NCBI GenBank assembly: GCA_001643675.2
Contig: LSRY02000038.1
Location: forward strand, 186,001 to 250,000
DNA length: 64,000 nt
DNA from: Monocercomonoides exilis PA203
Taxonomy: Eukaryota; Protista; Preaxostyla
Direction of reading: 5' to 3'
Shown one piece after another: positions 44,101-57,499 of this stretch. Within the stretch, counting starts at the first letter, position 1. Each line of letters starts with the position of its first letter. The notes under the pieces are model-generated. The model was not told the origin of the DNA. It searched no databases and was given only the letters and a program-made list of their open reading frames with translations. A program made the position numbers and the translations under genes.

Positions 44101-44364
44101 CTATACTCACATCAAAGTTATCGCTGAGTGCCCAACATTGATTTCGGAGAAAATTTTCAGATCGAAAAATAATTGTGGTTCACTCTGCAGTTGATCAATT
44201 CTCAACTATCCACTGACTGACTAATTGAGACAAAAATCTATTGTTTATTGACATTCACTTAACCAATAACACGTTGGATATAAGTGCTTTTTCCGATTCA
44301 ATGAATAAATTGCTAACATCAAAAGTATCTTTTTTTCAAATTATCAGAAATAAAATTATGACAA

Positions 44365-45775
44365 TTGATCGCCGGGAAACGCTTTCCTCATTTACGATCG
44401 TTTGAGGAGGAGGAATTAAAAATGACGAATTCGTATCAGAACAATCTGGATATTCTGAGGAACGAGTGTGACTTGTCGTACCACACAGCCCGCTCAGCGA
44501 CGATCGGATACAACTTATTTGTGTATATGATCAGAGATACAACTTCACCAATCCGCCTGTTTTCGACAGTTGGCCGTCAGGAATGATTCAGAAGAAGGAC
44601 CTGCTGAAGATTCTTGAGGAGACGTCAGACAATTTGGCCACAATGCTCGGCGATATTCACCAGTCGACGTCAAACATGGAGATCTGGGAGACAGCTGACA
44701 TCAGCACGTATTTTTTCATTATCACGACAAAGAACGAAACTCAGCCTGATGGAAGTGTGGACGAAGTGTTTGACACCAAAGACCAAATACAACACTCGAC
44801 ATCGATGTTGGAAGTTCTTGCGACTATTTCACAGATGACGCGCCATCTTTTGCAATCAAATATCTCTGGACGACCTGAAGATCCAGATTATATGTCAAAC
44901 ATTCAGTATTTGACGTTCAACTGCCCGGTGCCAATATTGGATGGCACAAAAAGAGTGATCATTTATTTCTTGAAATTTTGAACAAGTAGTGCGATGAAAT
45001 AATTGCAACTGTTGTATGCATTATTTCATTGTTGCTCAAACCTCTGACTGTTTTGCAGGTTTCAATTTTTATCTATTTCACCGAAAGAGTGGTGAAAACA
45101 CGGATGAGGGCATATCAAACGATGCTTGATGTGCCGAAGAATAAGATGCAAAATGTTATTCGCCGGCTTCTGAGAGAAGAAGACGAAGAAGACGAGTTCA
45201 CAAAAAATATCGATTTGAACGATCATCATGAAATGATGTCTTTTGATAGCCTCTACAGCAACAAAATCGATCACTGGGAAGATGCTGGCTTGGCATCTGC
45301 TCATGAAGAGAATGGAGAAAGCATTCAAAGCAATAATTCGAAGAGCGACAAGTGGAACTCTCTTCACACTTCAAATTCAAGTAGCAATAATCTTTCAGAA
45401 ATCAACTTGAATTCGTTGTCGACGAGGAGAGCATCAATGGAGTCCCAGCGGAAAAAGAAGACTCCTCTGACAATAAGCACACCAGAACTGCAATCGAAAA
45501 CAGAAGTGTTGAGCTCTCCAATGCTTTCTGGAGGAGGATCTTCAACTGATTCGAAAATGGACAAATAATTTTCATTGTATTCACCGAAGTCAATGATGGA
45601 AGAACGAACCGCTTCGACGTCTTCTGCCTCTGGATCGGATGGTCAATTCCCTGATGTTGGCGAAGAAAACATGAAAGGAGCACAAATGCTTGAACAAATT
45701 GTTGGAACGCGAAAATCGCCTTTGTCATTCAACTCAAATAGCGACACATCTTTGAACAAACAGAAAATTGGATGA
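44365..45775 (+). pseudogene. Decayed internal fragment of a large membrane-protein gene (possibly TmcB-like family)
   Basis: Consecutive coding-like ORFs (44365, 44583, 45029, 45575) separated by stops or frame changes, e.g. YLTFNCPVPILDGTKR and MLDVPKNKMQNVIRRLLREEDEE. No convincing start or end; family call is from memory only. Confidence 0.45.
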
Positions 45776-46729
45776 CGAGCAAACTCTTCAAAAGTCAGGT
45801 TTGTTTTCGGTTTTTTTTTTTTTTTTTTTGTTCCATATAAATGATAGAGTTTTACAGAAAAATCAAAAACTGCCTGGCTCATCTTGTTGAGATTATTATT
45901 AGATAAAAAGAAAAGAACATGCAAACAAAACAATGAAGATGTTGAAAATAATGATCTGGATGAAGCAATAAATACACAAACATATCCACATTTACCACTT
46001 TTTCGTTAAGTCATTTCATTTACCAGATGAACAAATTGTCTTTGAATTCAACAAAATAAATACTTACCACATTTGTTAAAAAACGATGCTGCATAAGACA
46101 ATAAGCAGAACAGAAATTAATAAAAACAACAACAAAAATGATAAAAGAAAATAGCGCATTGAAAAAAAATTGAACTGAAACGAAATATTGATAGCAAAGA
46201 AAGCAAATAAACGCTCAGAAGTGAAAATAAAAAAAGAAATCAGACAACTATTTGTAAAATGCATTTTCAATTGACTGCACAAATAAAAACTGGGATGCCA
46301 AAAGATAAAAATAGCATACGAAAAAACTATTTCATGTGCTTATTAGCCATTATGACAAATGAATAGAAAACAGAAAAAACAAAGATTACAACAAATGAAA
46401 AGTTGCAATTCGAAAGTTTGTTTTCATAAAAGAGACGCCTTCAGCAAAAACAGTATTAAACAAAAACAAAAGAATAATAGATTATCATGAACATTTGAAG
46501 TCTTTTTAATCGCAATTTTCAAAACAACAGAAAAGAAAAATGAACACCGAATAAACAGACTTTGCTGTTTCATTTCAAAAAATAGATTATTTTATCATCA
46601 AAAATAATGCATGTTGCAAAGACAAAAAAATCAAAACATTTCCTGAAAGAACCAGAATTTCACGAAAAAAGAGCTAAAAAACAACTGAAAAGCAAGACAT
46701 ATATAATGTGAGAGAGGACAAATCTCCAT

Positions 46730-49700
46730 TCACAACAAATGAACATTCTGCAGAGATCGATGAAAAGGAAAAGGCTGAAAAACAGTAGAACTTTGCGGAA
46801 GCAAAGGAGATTGAGCGATTAATGAAGAATTAGATGATGGTGACAATAATGTCTGTGAATGAGAAGAAAACAAAAGAGAATTGTTTGTCAAATCAATGGA
46901 CAAGGATTGCTGTGAATGCGCGGAAGAAGGGAGAATACACATACATGTACCGGGAAGTGCAGATGAACTGATTGTTGAGTTTTGCAAAAGACCGTTTTGG
47001 CAGCTACCGGAAAGGGATGGAGGGGGATGAATTTGAAAAGAAGAAGAAGAAGTGGAATTTGAAATGGAATTGTGAGTGATGTCACGTTCATTTGAACATG
47101 TACTTACATGTGATTTCGATAATGTGATTGGTTCCGAAGGAAAAGTGCTGTTGTGCTGCGAATGCACCGAACTGACCTGATCCATTGCATCTGTCATCCT
47201 TTCTGCTTCTTCAGTTCCACACATGCTCTTCACAACCATCTCCTCCTTCCCCATTTTTTGCAGCAGGCCTCTGTTTTCTTCCAACATATTCTTCTTCTTC
47301 TTCTTTTTATTTTTGTCCTTGTATTCCTTCGATCCCTGCTTTGTCGTCATCATGTGCTCCAGATGGAATAGAATTCCGTTCAAACACAGCTGATTCACCT
47401 TGTCGAAAAGCCATTGCGCCGTTGAGCTGTGTTGCATCGTGACAATCAGATTGACATGCACAACAAACACACGCTCAATCAGCGGGGAGCGGATGGAACA
47501 GGAAGTCGAAGAAGAAATTGAAGAAGAAGAAGGCGATGATGCTGGTGACAAATTCAATGAAGGAGCAAAAAGCATTGGAGAAAGTTCAGGTGGGAAAGAG
47601 CATGCTGAAATGGGGAGGGCAGATACAGAAGAATGCGATGGAAGCGAATTATTCTCATTTGGCGCTTTTTCCTCTGCCTTGCAAACGGTAACTTCAGAGT
47701 TGACTGGAGTGATTGCTGAGGAAGATGAAACAGCATCTGTCTCACAAGACGCAGATTGAGATGACGCAGAGACAGAAAAAGAGGTTGAAGATGAAAGGCA
47801 TGGTTCAAAGTAAAATGATTGAGAATTTACTGGATTAACAAATGATTCTTCATAATCTTCTTTTTCTTTTTCTGTTTTCACTGCATTTTCGAGGAAGATT
47901 TCATTACTCTTCAACTTATCATCATTCGCATAATCTTCCTCTTTGTCTTCTTCCCTTCTTTCTGCACTTTTTGAATTTGCATCAACATTTCTTCCACCTT
48001 CAACATATGAAACTACCTCTGCTCCACAAAAAATTTCCCCATCACTATTCCACTTTTCATTTTCTTCTTTTTTTCCTTCTCTATCTTCTTTCCTCCTTTC
48101 TTCTTTCTCACTTCTTCTTCTTCCATCTCCATCTTTATCTCTGATTCTAATTCCTTCATTGACTTCTCCAATCTCCTTCATCTCCTTCATCTCTCCCTCA
48201 CATCTCTCCGCTCCTTCTCTTCAAATTCTCTCCAGAAACATCCTCGTCTTCTGCGTCTCATACAGCATCCTCTCAACCTCTGCATCAAACGCCTCGTACA
48301 CTGCTGGATAGTGCTTCCTCAGAAAATCATCAAGTGCTGCTCGCATCACTTCTGTCTTTGCCCTTTGCGTGCCAACAGGTGCTCTGAAGAAGATCTTGCG
48401 GCTCAGCTCATCACCCGTTGTTGAGGATAAGGAAGATGTCGAAGAGTTAGGTTCAATTGATTGCGAATGTGAGAGAAGAGAAGGAAATGAAGGAAACGAA
48501 AAAGAATTGATGACAGTGCTAAAAGACATTCCAAAATTTTGCTGAAAAAACAGTTGCAGAATGAAGTCTTGGTTGTTGGCTGGAGAAGGAGTTGAAAGAA
48601 GCCTGTGAAGCAAATGATGAAGGATGTGGGTGAATTGGCAAAGTTGGCGATAAGGATGATGAGAATGTTGTCGTTGATGATGGAACAGTTTGCTGTGCAT
48701 TAAAAGAAAGTGAGTAGGAGGTTGACGAAGGAGATGAAGATGAAGTGGAAGAAGAAATTCTTGAATCAGAATCAGTTTTCATTTGAAAAGGATGCAGCGT
48801 TGACACATTTTGGCTGTGTGTCATCTGCATTTTTTCCAGAAGATGAATAGGAGGAGGTGGAGGAGGCAAAATCAAAGAAGGAGAAAGAGAAAGAGAAGAC
48901 GCTGCGGGAGATGCTAATGTTCGAGAGGAGAGCGAAGGAAAATGAGGAGAAAGATGCGTTGCTTCGGTGAATTTGGAGAATGGAAGAGAAGAAGAGGATG
49001 AAGAAGAAGAGGATGGTAGTGGTGGTGAAGGAGGAGAATGAAGAGGAGAAAAATCAAAAGAAAGGCAATTTTGAGATGATGTGTGAGTTGGAGATAGAAT
49101 TGGAGCAATGGGAGATATGACTGCAGAAGAGGAAGAGGAAGAGGAAGAGGGAGGAAATGGAGAGGAAGAACAAGAAGAATTGCATAAAGTCAAAGGAGGC
49201 AAAGAGAGAATTATGGAGTTGTTTGGCATGGGCAAAAGAGAAGGAGGAGAAGCAGCAGACAAACTCTGTTGTTTGAGTGAAGAAGAAGGAAATGATGAAT
49301 AAGTGTAGATTGAAGAGGAAGAAGCAGAAGGAGAAGATGATGATGCAGATGAAGAAGTCGATGATAAAGAAGTGGAAGTCGATGAGAATGAACATGATGA
49401 AAAAGCAGAGGAATGTGTTGAAGAAGACAGAAGAGAAGAAGAAGCGAAAGAAGAGATGTTCATCCCTTGTTTGCTGGCAGATGAGCTGCAAATGGAAGAG
49501 CCATCAGAAACTCCAACAGTTGATGCATCAGATGAAGCGATGGAAGAGGAACAAGAAGAGGAAGAGGAAAAAGATGATTTCGTTGTTGTTGATGTTGAAT
49601 GAAGAGAAGTCAAATCAGAATGAAGCGAAATGGAAGACAATGCAGACAGAACAGAGTGAGAAGAAATGGGAAAAGAAGAAGACGAGATGGAAGCGACAGA

Positions 49701-50710
49701 CGAAGAGGAAGAAGGTGATTCTTCTGAAATTCTGTCCAACAGAGGAGAAGCTGATTGATTGGCTGGGTGATGAAGAAGAGGATCATCGAAACAATCGGGC
49801 TCATCTGCCAAATCAGGCGGGATTGCATAGCCTTCATGTGAAGAAGGAAGAAAAGATGAAAGAGCGCAAGTAGATGAAGGGAGGTTTGGTGCGTCTTTGA
49901 GAAGAAAAAGTGGAGTTGAAGATAATTCAGCTGAGGGATTTGGATTGAGATCATCGCTCAAAACAGGTGAAACTTCTTGTGAGTTGTCGCATGAATCCAG
50001 AGGTGTAGTTGAAATGGGGCTCGAGCTGCTCGGAGACGGATGTGTTAACACCAATTCCGATTTATCATCAGAAGGAGAAAAAGAATGACAATTTTCTTCA
50101 TTCTCTTCAGCAACAATTGCATAATCATGCGGCTGTTGTGCGACTAACAAAAGAAATATTGATTATTTTCATGGAAATCATTAGCATAAATTCAAGAAAA
50201 ACACGAGAGAAGCAAACAATCTTTTTCATCATTCACCAGATTCTTCGGCACCAAGTGAAGAATCTCCCTGAACAAGCGGTAATTCTGCTTTTTTTGGCTT
50301 ATCTGCCGCAGTACAAAGCCGTGAGCGAAAAATCTCGAAGTCGCATTTGGGTCGGTGCAAAATCCAGAACATTGAAGAAAAACAAAGTTCATGAATGCTG
50401 TTGAGGACGAAGAAATTATCCGAAATTTATATTTCGTATATAATTCATTTGCTTGCAGAATTTGTTCGTGACTTTTGCAAATGCTAGATTTTCCGTCCAA
50501 AAACACAATTTTCTCAGCATCTTCCGTGTAGAACCGTTGCAAATCATTTGGGCTTGTTTCCAGCAAATGATAATATTTGCCCAGGAATTTACAGCCCGCT
50601 AATTGGTCCGTTTTGCTGGCGGAACTCCTTCTTATCGAGATTGTTAAGGCTTTAATCTTTATCAGCCCATTCTTATTTATTAAATGAAATTCGAAATTCA
50701 AAGCATTCAT
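46730..50710 (-). CDS. NTF2-like domain plus split RRM-like protein (G3BP/Bre5-like architecture), interrupted by a frame change and an in-frame TGA
   Basis: NTF2-like GCKFLGKYYHLLETSPNDLQRFY...RFFAHGFVL...YRLFREIL (50600-50240). Phase-1 intron 50217-50144; Ser-rich linker; frame change near 48550; RKIFFRAP...ALDDFLRKHYP; TGA 48223-48221 in frame with the 48190 ORF; IERVFVVHVNLIVTM...AQWLFDKVNQLCLNGILFHLE. Confidence 0.6.
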
Positions 50711-51079
50711 CAAAGAGAAAAAGAAATAATATTTGAAGAAAAAAATATATTTCTTTTCAAATTAGGTTCTCCAAATCAAATTGTTTCAATGAACCGAATA
50801 AAGCGTGTGGTATTTTTTTTTTTTTGGAAAAATCGGTTTTTGTATAAACACATGAATTATTTCTGAAGAGACAACGAATGATTTACATAGAAACAGCCAG
50901 AATATTTAAACATACAAATTATACGCAATAATTTAATTCTCATTCTGTAGGTTTCAGAAGGAAAAAAAAATAAATTGTGAGTGAGTGAATAATAAATAAA
51001 GAAATGAAATGCTTTGTAATAAAAAATAGAAAAAGAGCAATTAATTCTCTCAAGCACCTTTCTCTCTTCCCTTCGCAAA

Positions 51080-54000
51080 TTAATTCCTTTGCTTTGCTTC
51101 CAACTCAATTCTCAGCTCGCGCAGATAATTCAGCACTTCCACCAGCTTTCCCTCTGAGCATTTCTTCGTCTTCTCCTCTTTCTTCATTTCTTCTGTGCAA
51201 CTCATCACAAACTCCATCGAATCTCTCACAAACACCTCGTCCTCCTCATCCCATCCTCTCTTTCCTTCCAATTTCTTCTTTTCCCCTTCTTTCCCTTCTT
51301 TCCCTTCTTTTCCCCTCTTTTTCGTGTCTTCTCCGTCGAATCCTGCCGGCGCCATCATCTTTTCGCATTCGATCGCTTCTCTCTCAACAAAATGCAAAAG
51401 TTCTGCTTTTTTCGCTTTTTCTGCTTTCTTTCGCATCTTCTGCCTCATCTTCACTCGAACCTCTTCAACTTCACTCACACTCAGCGGAGCACTGTAATAT
51501 AATCTTCTTTCTCCTTCTCTTTCATTTATTTCTTCTTCTTCTCTTTCTTCTTCTTCTTCTTCTCTTTCTTCTTCTTCTTCTTCTTCTTCTTCTTCTTCTC
51601 TTTCTCCCTTCCTTCTCTCAACCAGCGTCGCATTCAGCATTTTCAGCACTTCTTTTGATGGCCTCTCCAAATGCTCAAATTTCACTCGCTCAAACAAAAC
51701 AAACAAATCTTCTTCATTTTTGTTATCTTTCTTCTCTTTCTCCTTCATCTCTTTCATTTTCTTCTGATTGAATTGATTCTTCATCTTCATCTTCATCTTC
51801 TCCTTTTCTCTCTCAAAATGTCTTCTTCTGCTGCTTTTTTGTTTGTTCTGTGGAAAAACTCCTGAAATTCGTCTTCTTATTTTCTCTCTCTCTCTTTCTG
51901 CCTCTTCATTCATGTTATCTTCATCATCTCTATCATCATCATCATCATCATCATCAACATCATAAATAACATTATTATTATTATTCATTTTATTTATTTT
52001 ATTTATTTTATTTATATTATTATTATTATTATTATTATCAACATTCACATTTATCATCCTCACCTTCTTTCCACACAAACACCATTCTTCTTCTTCTTTT
52101 TCTTCTTCTTCTTTTTCTTTTTCATTTCCTTCGCCAAATCCAACAGAAACACCTTCTTCTTCATTCACGTTCTTCTTTCCTCCTCTTTTCAAATACTTTT
52201 CTTGATTCTCTTTTTGGCTCTTCGAAACACCAACCGAAACAGCTGCCTCAAACAGCTCCATAATTCTGTGGCTGTTGAATCCTAATTTGGCAGTCAGAAA
52301 CACACCCTTTCCATTTTCTGCCGGCAAAACGGCAGCTGAAAGAGGGATGGCATACACTTTGCTTATCCAGCCAGCCGAGTGGAGAGCGAGTGTCACTCTG
52401 AGGGCGCCCTCGTCCTCTTCGCCGGCTGCTTCTCTCTGCCTTCTGCCGGGCAGAGGCGAAGGAGAGAATGAATAAGACAGGGGAAGAGGAGGATGGGAGG
52501 AAGAGGGACGAGATCTGTGAGGAGCAGCAAATGTTCTTAAGGGATGCGAAGTGCCGGCAAACGGAGGGGCTCTGCCTGCACAGAAAGAAGTGAGAGGCAC
52601 ATTCAGCTGCACAATTTGGCTGAGCGGCTGCGTCTCCTCTGCCACTGCCTCTTCAAACGAGCACACAACCTTCGGATCGTCCTGCGTGCCTGTACACACC
52701 AAAATAGTCGCCCTGATTGTCTCGCCCACAATTGGGCACATTCGGATAATCCCGCCGCTGCTTCCGGCGCCAGCAATTTCAAAAGGGTGAAACGCCCCAC
52801 AATCCGCACGAGTTTTTCCGGCGCCGCCGAAAAATTCCGATTCTGCCTTTGTTTTCATCTGCTTTCCGGCTGCGATCACTGCCGCGCCCAGGGCAACTGA
52901 CTCGTCTGCATTGAGATGATAAGAAAGATGTGCGCTGAATGAAGGAGAATAAGAAAAAGAATAAGATGATGATGACGAATGTCTCATTTTGTGTCTTTCA
53001 TTCGCAAACACCTCATTCACAAGCTCCTTCGCCAGAGGAAAACGAATCCCACCTCCAATCACTTCCACATCAACTTCTTCTTCCTCTTCCTCTTCCTCTT
53101 TTATTTCCTCTTTCTCCTTCTCCTCCGCCAATATCCTCTTCATCTCCTCCACCACCCCCTCCCCCCACTCCACAAACCTCTCCTTCCTCTTCCTTTCCCT
53201 CTCCTCTTCCTTCAAAGTTCCTATCGATGTGACCAGCACCCCATCCGGCAGCTCTCCCAAAGGCGACTCAAAAACAGCTGCCGCCGCCGCGTCTGGAAGC
53301 ATCGCCAGCGTCTTCTTGTGCCACACCGCTGCCTCGCGAAGAGCAGAAAGCAGCCCTTTCGACTGCAGCAGCTCTTCACACACAGACCAATAAGACCCTT
53401 TATTCACTTCCTCCTCTTCCTTCCACCTCTTTCCCTTTCCTTTTCCCTCTTTTCTTCTGCAAAGTGCATCCAAATCAGCACTGAAGCAGCTGTCTGGATG
53501 TGACAAACACTCTTTTTGCTGCTCAGCCGGAGAGAAAGAGAAGTCGGCGTCGGACACACAATCTCCACAATTTCTTTGCTGTTCTGTCTTCTTCAGCCCT
53601 CGCGCCGCGGCAGCCAGCGAATGGTACTGCGACAGCAGCTGCCCCCAAATGGTGTGTGTGAGCGAGCTTCCGCTGAGAATGCCTGTCGCCCTGCTCAGCA
53701 GCACCCGCACACACACCCTCCCCTCCCTCCCCTCCCTCCCCTTCGCCTGCACCCCCGCCGACAGCTGCCCGCAGCCCATCGAAAACGCCACAAGAGAAAA
53801 CGTCGTGTGCGAGTCGCCCACATCCACAAACAGCACCCTCTTCGTGCTGCTGCCTCGCTGCGACTGGCGTATCTGGCGCATTGTCCGATGAGACTCCGAC
53901 GCATACCAAGCAGAAGCTGCTTCATTCGTTCTGACAAATTGCGTCTGATTGCCCAATCCCAAAACAGAAAACGCATCGTCAACAACCATCAGATCACTCT

Positions 54001-54520
54001 GCGTAAAATAATCTGGAACTGCGATTGCGCCTCCTGACCATTTTGTGTGAAATGTGGGGCTGCGCACGTTCAATTGATTGGAAAGCAAATTTGCCATCCC
54101 TTCAACAACTGAAAGCACTTCTCTTTTGCAACATTGCCGCTCTGTAACCAACTTCGGTATTCTTGAAAGTTCTTTCTATAAAAATACCATTGCATGTGCA
54201 GATACGCAAAATAAAGCAACAAAACAAATCAAAATAAATAAACTATGAAAAGAATAATAATCATCATTCAAAAATTAAAATACCATTTTTTTCCTATTCT
54301 TTTCGGGAGATTGCAAGTCTTCATCAAGGGCAATAATGCACGGTCGTTGTCTTTGACCGAATTCGTCTTCAACAATCATTGGAGGTAATTTATCATCTTT
54401 CTCTGCAACAACCACACTTTCTGTTCCAAAATCAATTCCAAACACATGCTCTTGCTCTGCACATGTGAGTGCAATGCATGCTATTAAAAACAGAAATCTG
54501 CGATGAAAAACATCTCTCAT
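51080..54520 (-). CDS. Divergent Hsp70-superfamily protein with signal peptide (Grp170/Hsp110-like)
   Basis: Exons 54520-54284 and 54175-51080 (phase-0 intron GTATTT...ATAG). Motifs FGIDFGT, IAVPDYFT, NEAASAWYA, VLFVDVGDS, VEVIGGGIRFP, HLNADESVALGAA. Hydrophobic leader FLFLIACIALTCA. Confidence 0.85.
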
Positions 54521-55388
54521 TGATTCAATTGACTTGATTGCAAACACCAATCATGTCGAGAATTATCAAGTTACAAAATCTGATGAGCAATGAATAAAAT
54601 GCGGTTTCTATCCAGTTCCCAAATATCTGTCATGCATTTCTTTCACATTTTGTAAAAAATGCATTTTTAAGTTGAAAACATTTCATTAAAATATTTGTTA
54701 TGGCTTGTTTGAATGAAAAATTAAACATTTGTATTTGTGCAATAGACATGAGATGTTTTTCCTTTTTAATAAAAGAATTTTATCTTAGAAGCATTCAACG
54801 TTTTTCTTCAACATTATTTTTTCGATGTTCAAAAATAAAATCTTTTCAAAAACTATTTTCCGTTTTTCTGGTTTTTTGTTGATTGTTAAAATCAGAGCAA
54901 CAATGTGACTGAGATTATAAAATGAAAAAATAAATTGTGTCATTCTTTTTTTAATTTTGAGATTAATATCTGAATGAAAAACGTTGTTTGAAATTTCGGA
55001 TTGATTTAATAAGTGATAAAGTTTTAAAAAATAAAGTTTTTAATATTTCTATTTTCTTTGAAAAGAGATTAATTCATTTATTATCAAAAAAAGATGATGT
55101 TGATCTGACAGTAGATTTTCACACAGTTTATTATGATGTAGTTCTTTTGCTTCTATGAGATGAAAAATAAATGAAAAACCAAGAAAAAGAATCTGAACGT
55201 TTTGGAAATATGCAAATGTCCAAATATTCATAATCACATTTTTCATTTTTTCAGGCAGACCTGTGCGACACAACTTACTATTTTTTTCGTCTTTGATCAA
55301 TTTTATTTTTATTTTTTTTTAAAAAAAAGGGGGAAAGAACAATAAAAATTCACATGAATCAACAAAACACAAAATACTGTTTGAAATT

Positions 55389-56791
55389 TTAAATAAAATA
55401 ATACTGACTCTGTAACGTAACATTCGCCATACACCGACTCAGCACAACAATACAGTCCTCATATCCTTCTTCTTCCGTTTTTTCAAACATCATTCTTTTC
55501 ATCTCTTTTCGTTTGGCTTCATCGTTTTCCTTCATGTTCATGCCCTTCAATTTTACGCAAATATGCCAGAAAAAAACCACAGAGCCCGCAATTAATTTTT
55601 CAACTGTGCCAAATTGGACTATTATCTTCAAGGCCAAATCAACGGCTCTGCTCTTCAACAAATCCTCAACTTTCACTGTCTTGTTAAACGCTGAATTCTT
55701 TAATGATTCAATGCATTTTTCTCTAACTTCTCTGTAATTCTCTTTCGCTGCTCCAAATACGTTCACAATACAGCTCATAAGTCCAACTAATTCTTCATTC
55801 CATATTTTGCATGTCAATAAATAAGGATTCAACACTTTGATCCATTTCTTTAAAAAGATAACTTCTTCCTTTTCTTTTCTTCTTTTGTCTTCATCTTTTT
55901 CAATCCAATCAACACATCTTGTCAGCTCTTCCAGTTCTCTTCTTGCTTCTCTCGCAAAATGCAACTCATTTGCAACAATATCTTTCAAGCTTCTTTCAAA
56001 GCTTAATTTGTGAAGTAGAAATTCCCAAACAGAATAATATGCAAGCCGTGTCAAATTGTGATGCTCCTGATGATATTGGATTATCTCCCGCATCCCATTC
56101 AGATACAATTTCTGTTCAACAAACTTATAAAAAAACATAAAATAAAATAATAACAACAAAAATGAAACAGAAATGATCATACAGATTCTGCTCGTATGCA
56201 ACTCAAAGCTTGCAAAGCCATTTCCACTTCCTTTTGTGTCTCCTCATTTTCCTCCCTGTTCAGTGTAGCTTTCAAAAGGCAAGGCACAATTATTGAAACA
56301 ATATTTGTTAAAATATGACCATTAGAGAGCAGCAAATAACATTCACAAAGATCAACCAAGAGCTTTTCATTCTTTTCTTCTTTTTTCTTCTCTTCTTCAG
56401 CGATCATCTCCTCAAATCTTTCGAAAAGCAATGAACGAATAAAACCATCAATATACATGCCTTTCATAGTTTTCCAATATCCCATATGCTTTAGCAACAT
56501 GGCTATATTTCCAAACGACAATTTCTTTTCTTCAATCATTTTGTGTATTTTGTTGAATAGTTCTTCTGAGAAAACTGATTCAAATTCTTTATCGTTCATT
56601 GCATCTAGTGTTTCATTCATTTCTTGGATTTTCTGCTTCTGTTCAATTTCGGTGCAGCGTTCAAGTTCAGAAAACAATTCTTCAAAAAAGAAAAAATGAA
56701 AAAATAACAATCATCAAGAATAAAAATGCAAAAATGAATGCAAGCTATTGAACTTTTTTGTGGTGCCAGTTGCCTACATTTTTGAAAACAT
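55389..56791 (-). pseudogene. Helical protein family copy, probably damaged at the 5' end
   Basis: Exons 56791-56746, 56679-56183, 56123-55389. Exon 1 has an in-frame TAG (56776-56774) and the donor reads GCTTG where the paralog has GTTTG. Exons 2-3 are open. Confidence 0.65.
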
Positions 56792-57499
56792 AGCATTCAG
56801 AAAACAGCAATATTTTTCATTTTATCTAATTCGCAAACCTTTGGAGTAAAGAAGTTTGAGACTAATGAATATTTAAAATAGCTATAGATAAAATGTATTC
56901 ACACCGTTCTATCTTTTATTGACATTATTTGGTTGGATATTACGAAGAAAAATAACGCTTTAAATACTGAACCTTTGTTGTTATGGAAGTTATGATCAGT
57001 TTATTATTTGAGATAAATGTATTTTCCTACATGAAATCGATGAAAGAAAAATGAATGTGATTTACAAAATGGTTAGTGTCATTTTCTTTTTGTGGAGCTC
57101 CGAAATGACAACAACGAATTAAACTTGGCATTTTTATGAAATAATTATTTCTGTTAAATCATCAGAAGACTATCAATCTTTTGAGTGACAAAAATACTAT
57201 TGAGGAAAAGAATATGAATTTCTCTTATTTTTGAACAAAAATTTTACCTTTTTAAACTTTGTGAAAGCACAGGAATTTGACTGATTAAAATAATGGAAAA
57301 AAACTTGCTGAATGTTCTTTTTTTCATCATGTGACAAATGAAAATCAGACAATACAAGGGTCAAAAAACGTTGTATTTTCTTCTTTGAAGTGCCTGTTGA
57401 TTTGACAAAAAAAGGTGATTATCGTTCGAAGTTTGTTTTTATCTGCGCAATGCAAAACATCAAAAAATAAGGAATAATTACGATTTCTCTCTTCGTATT

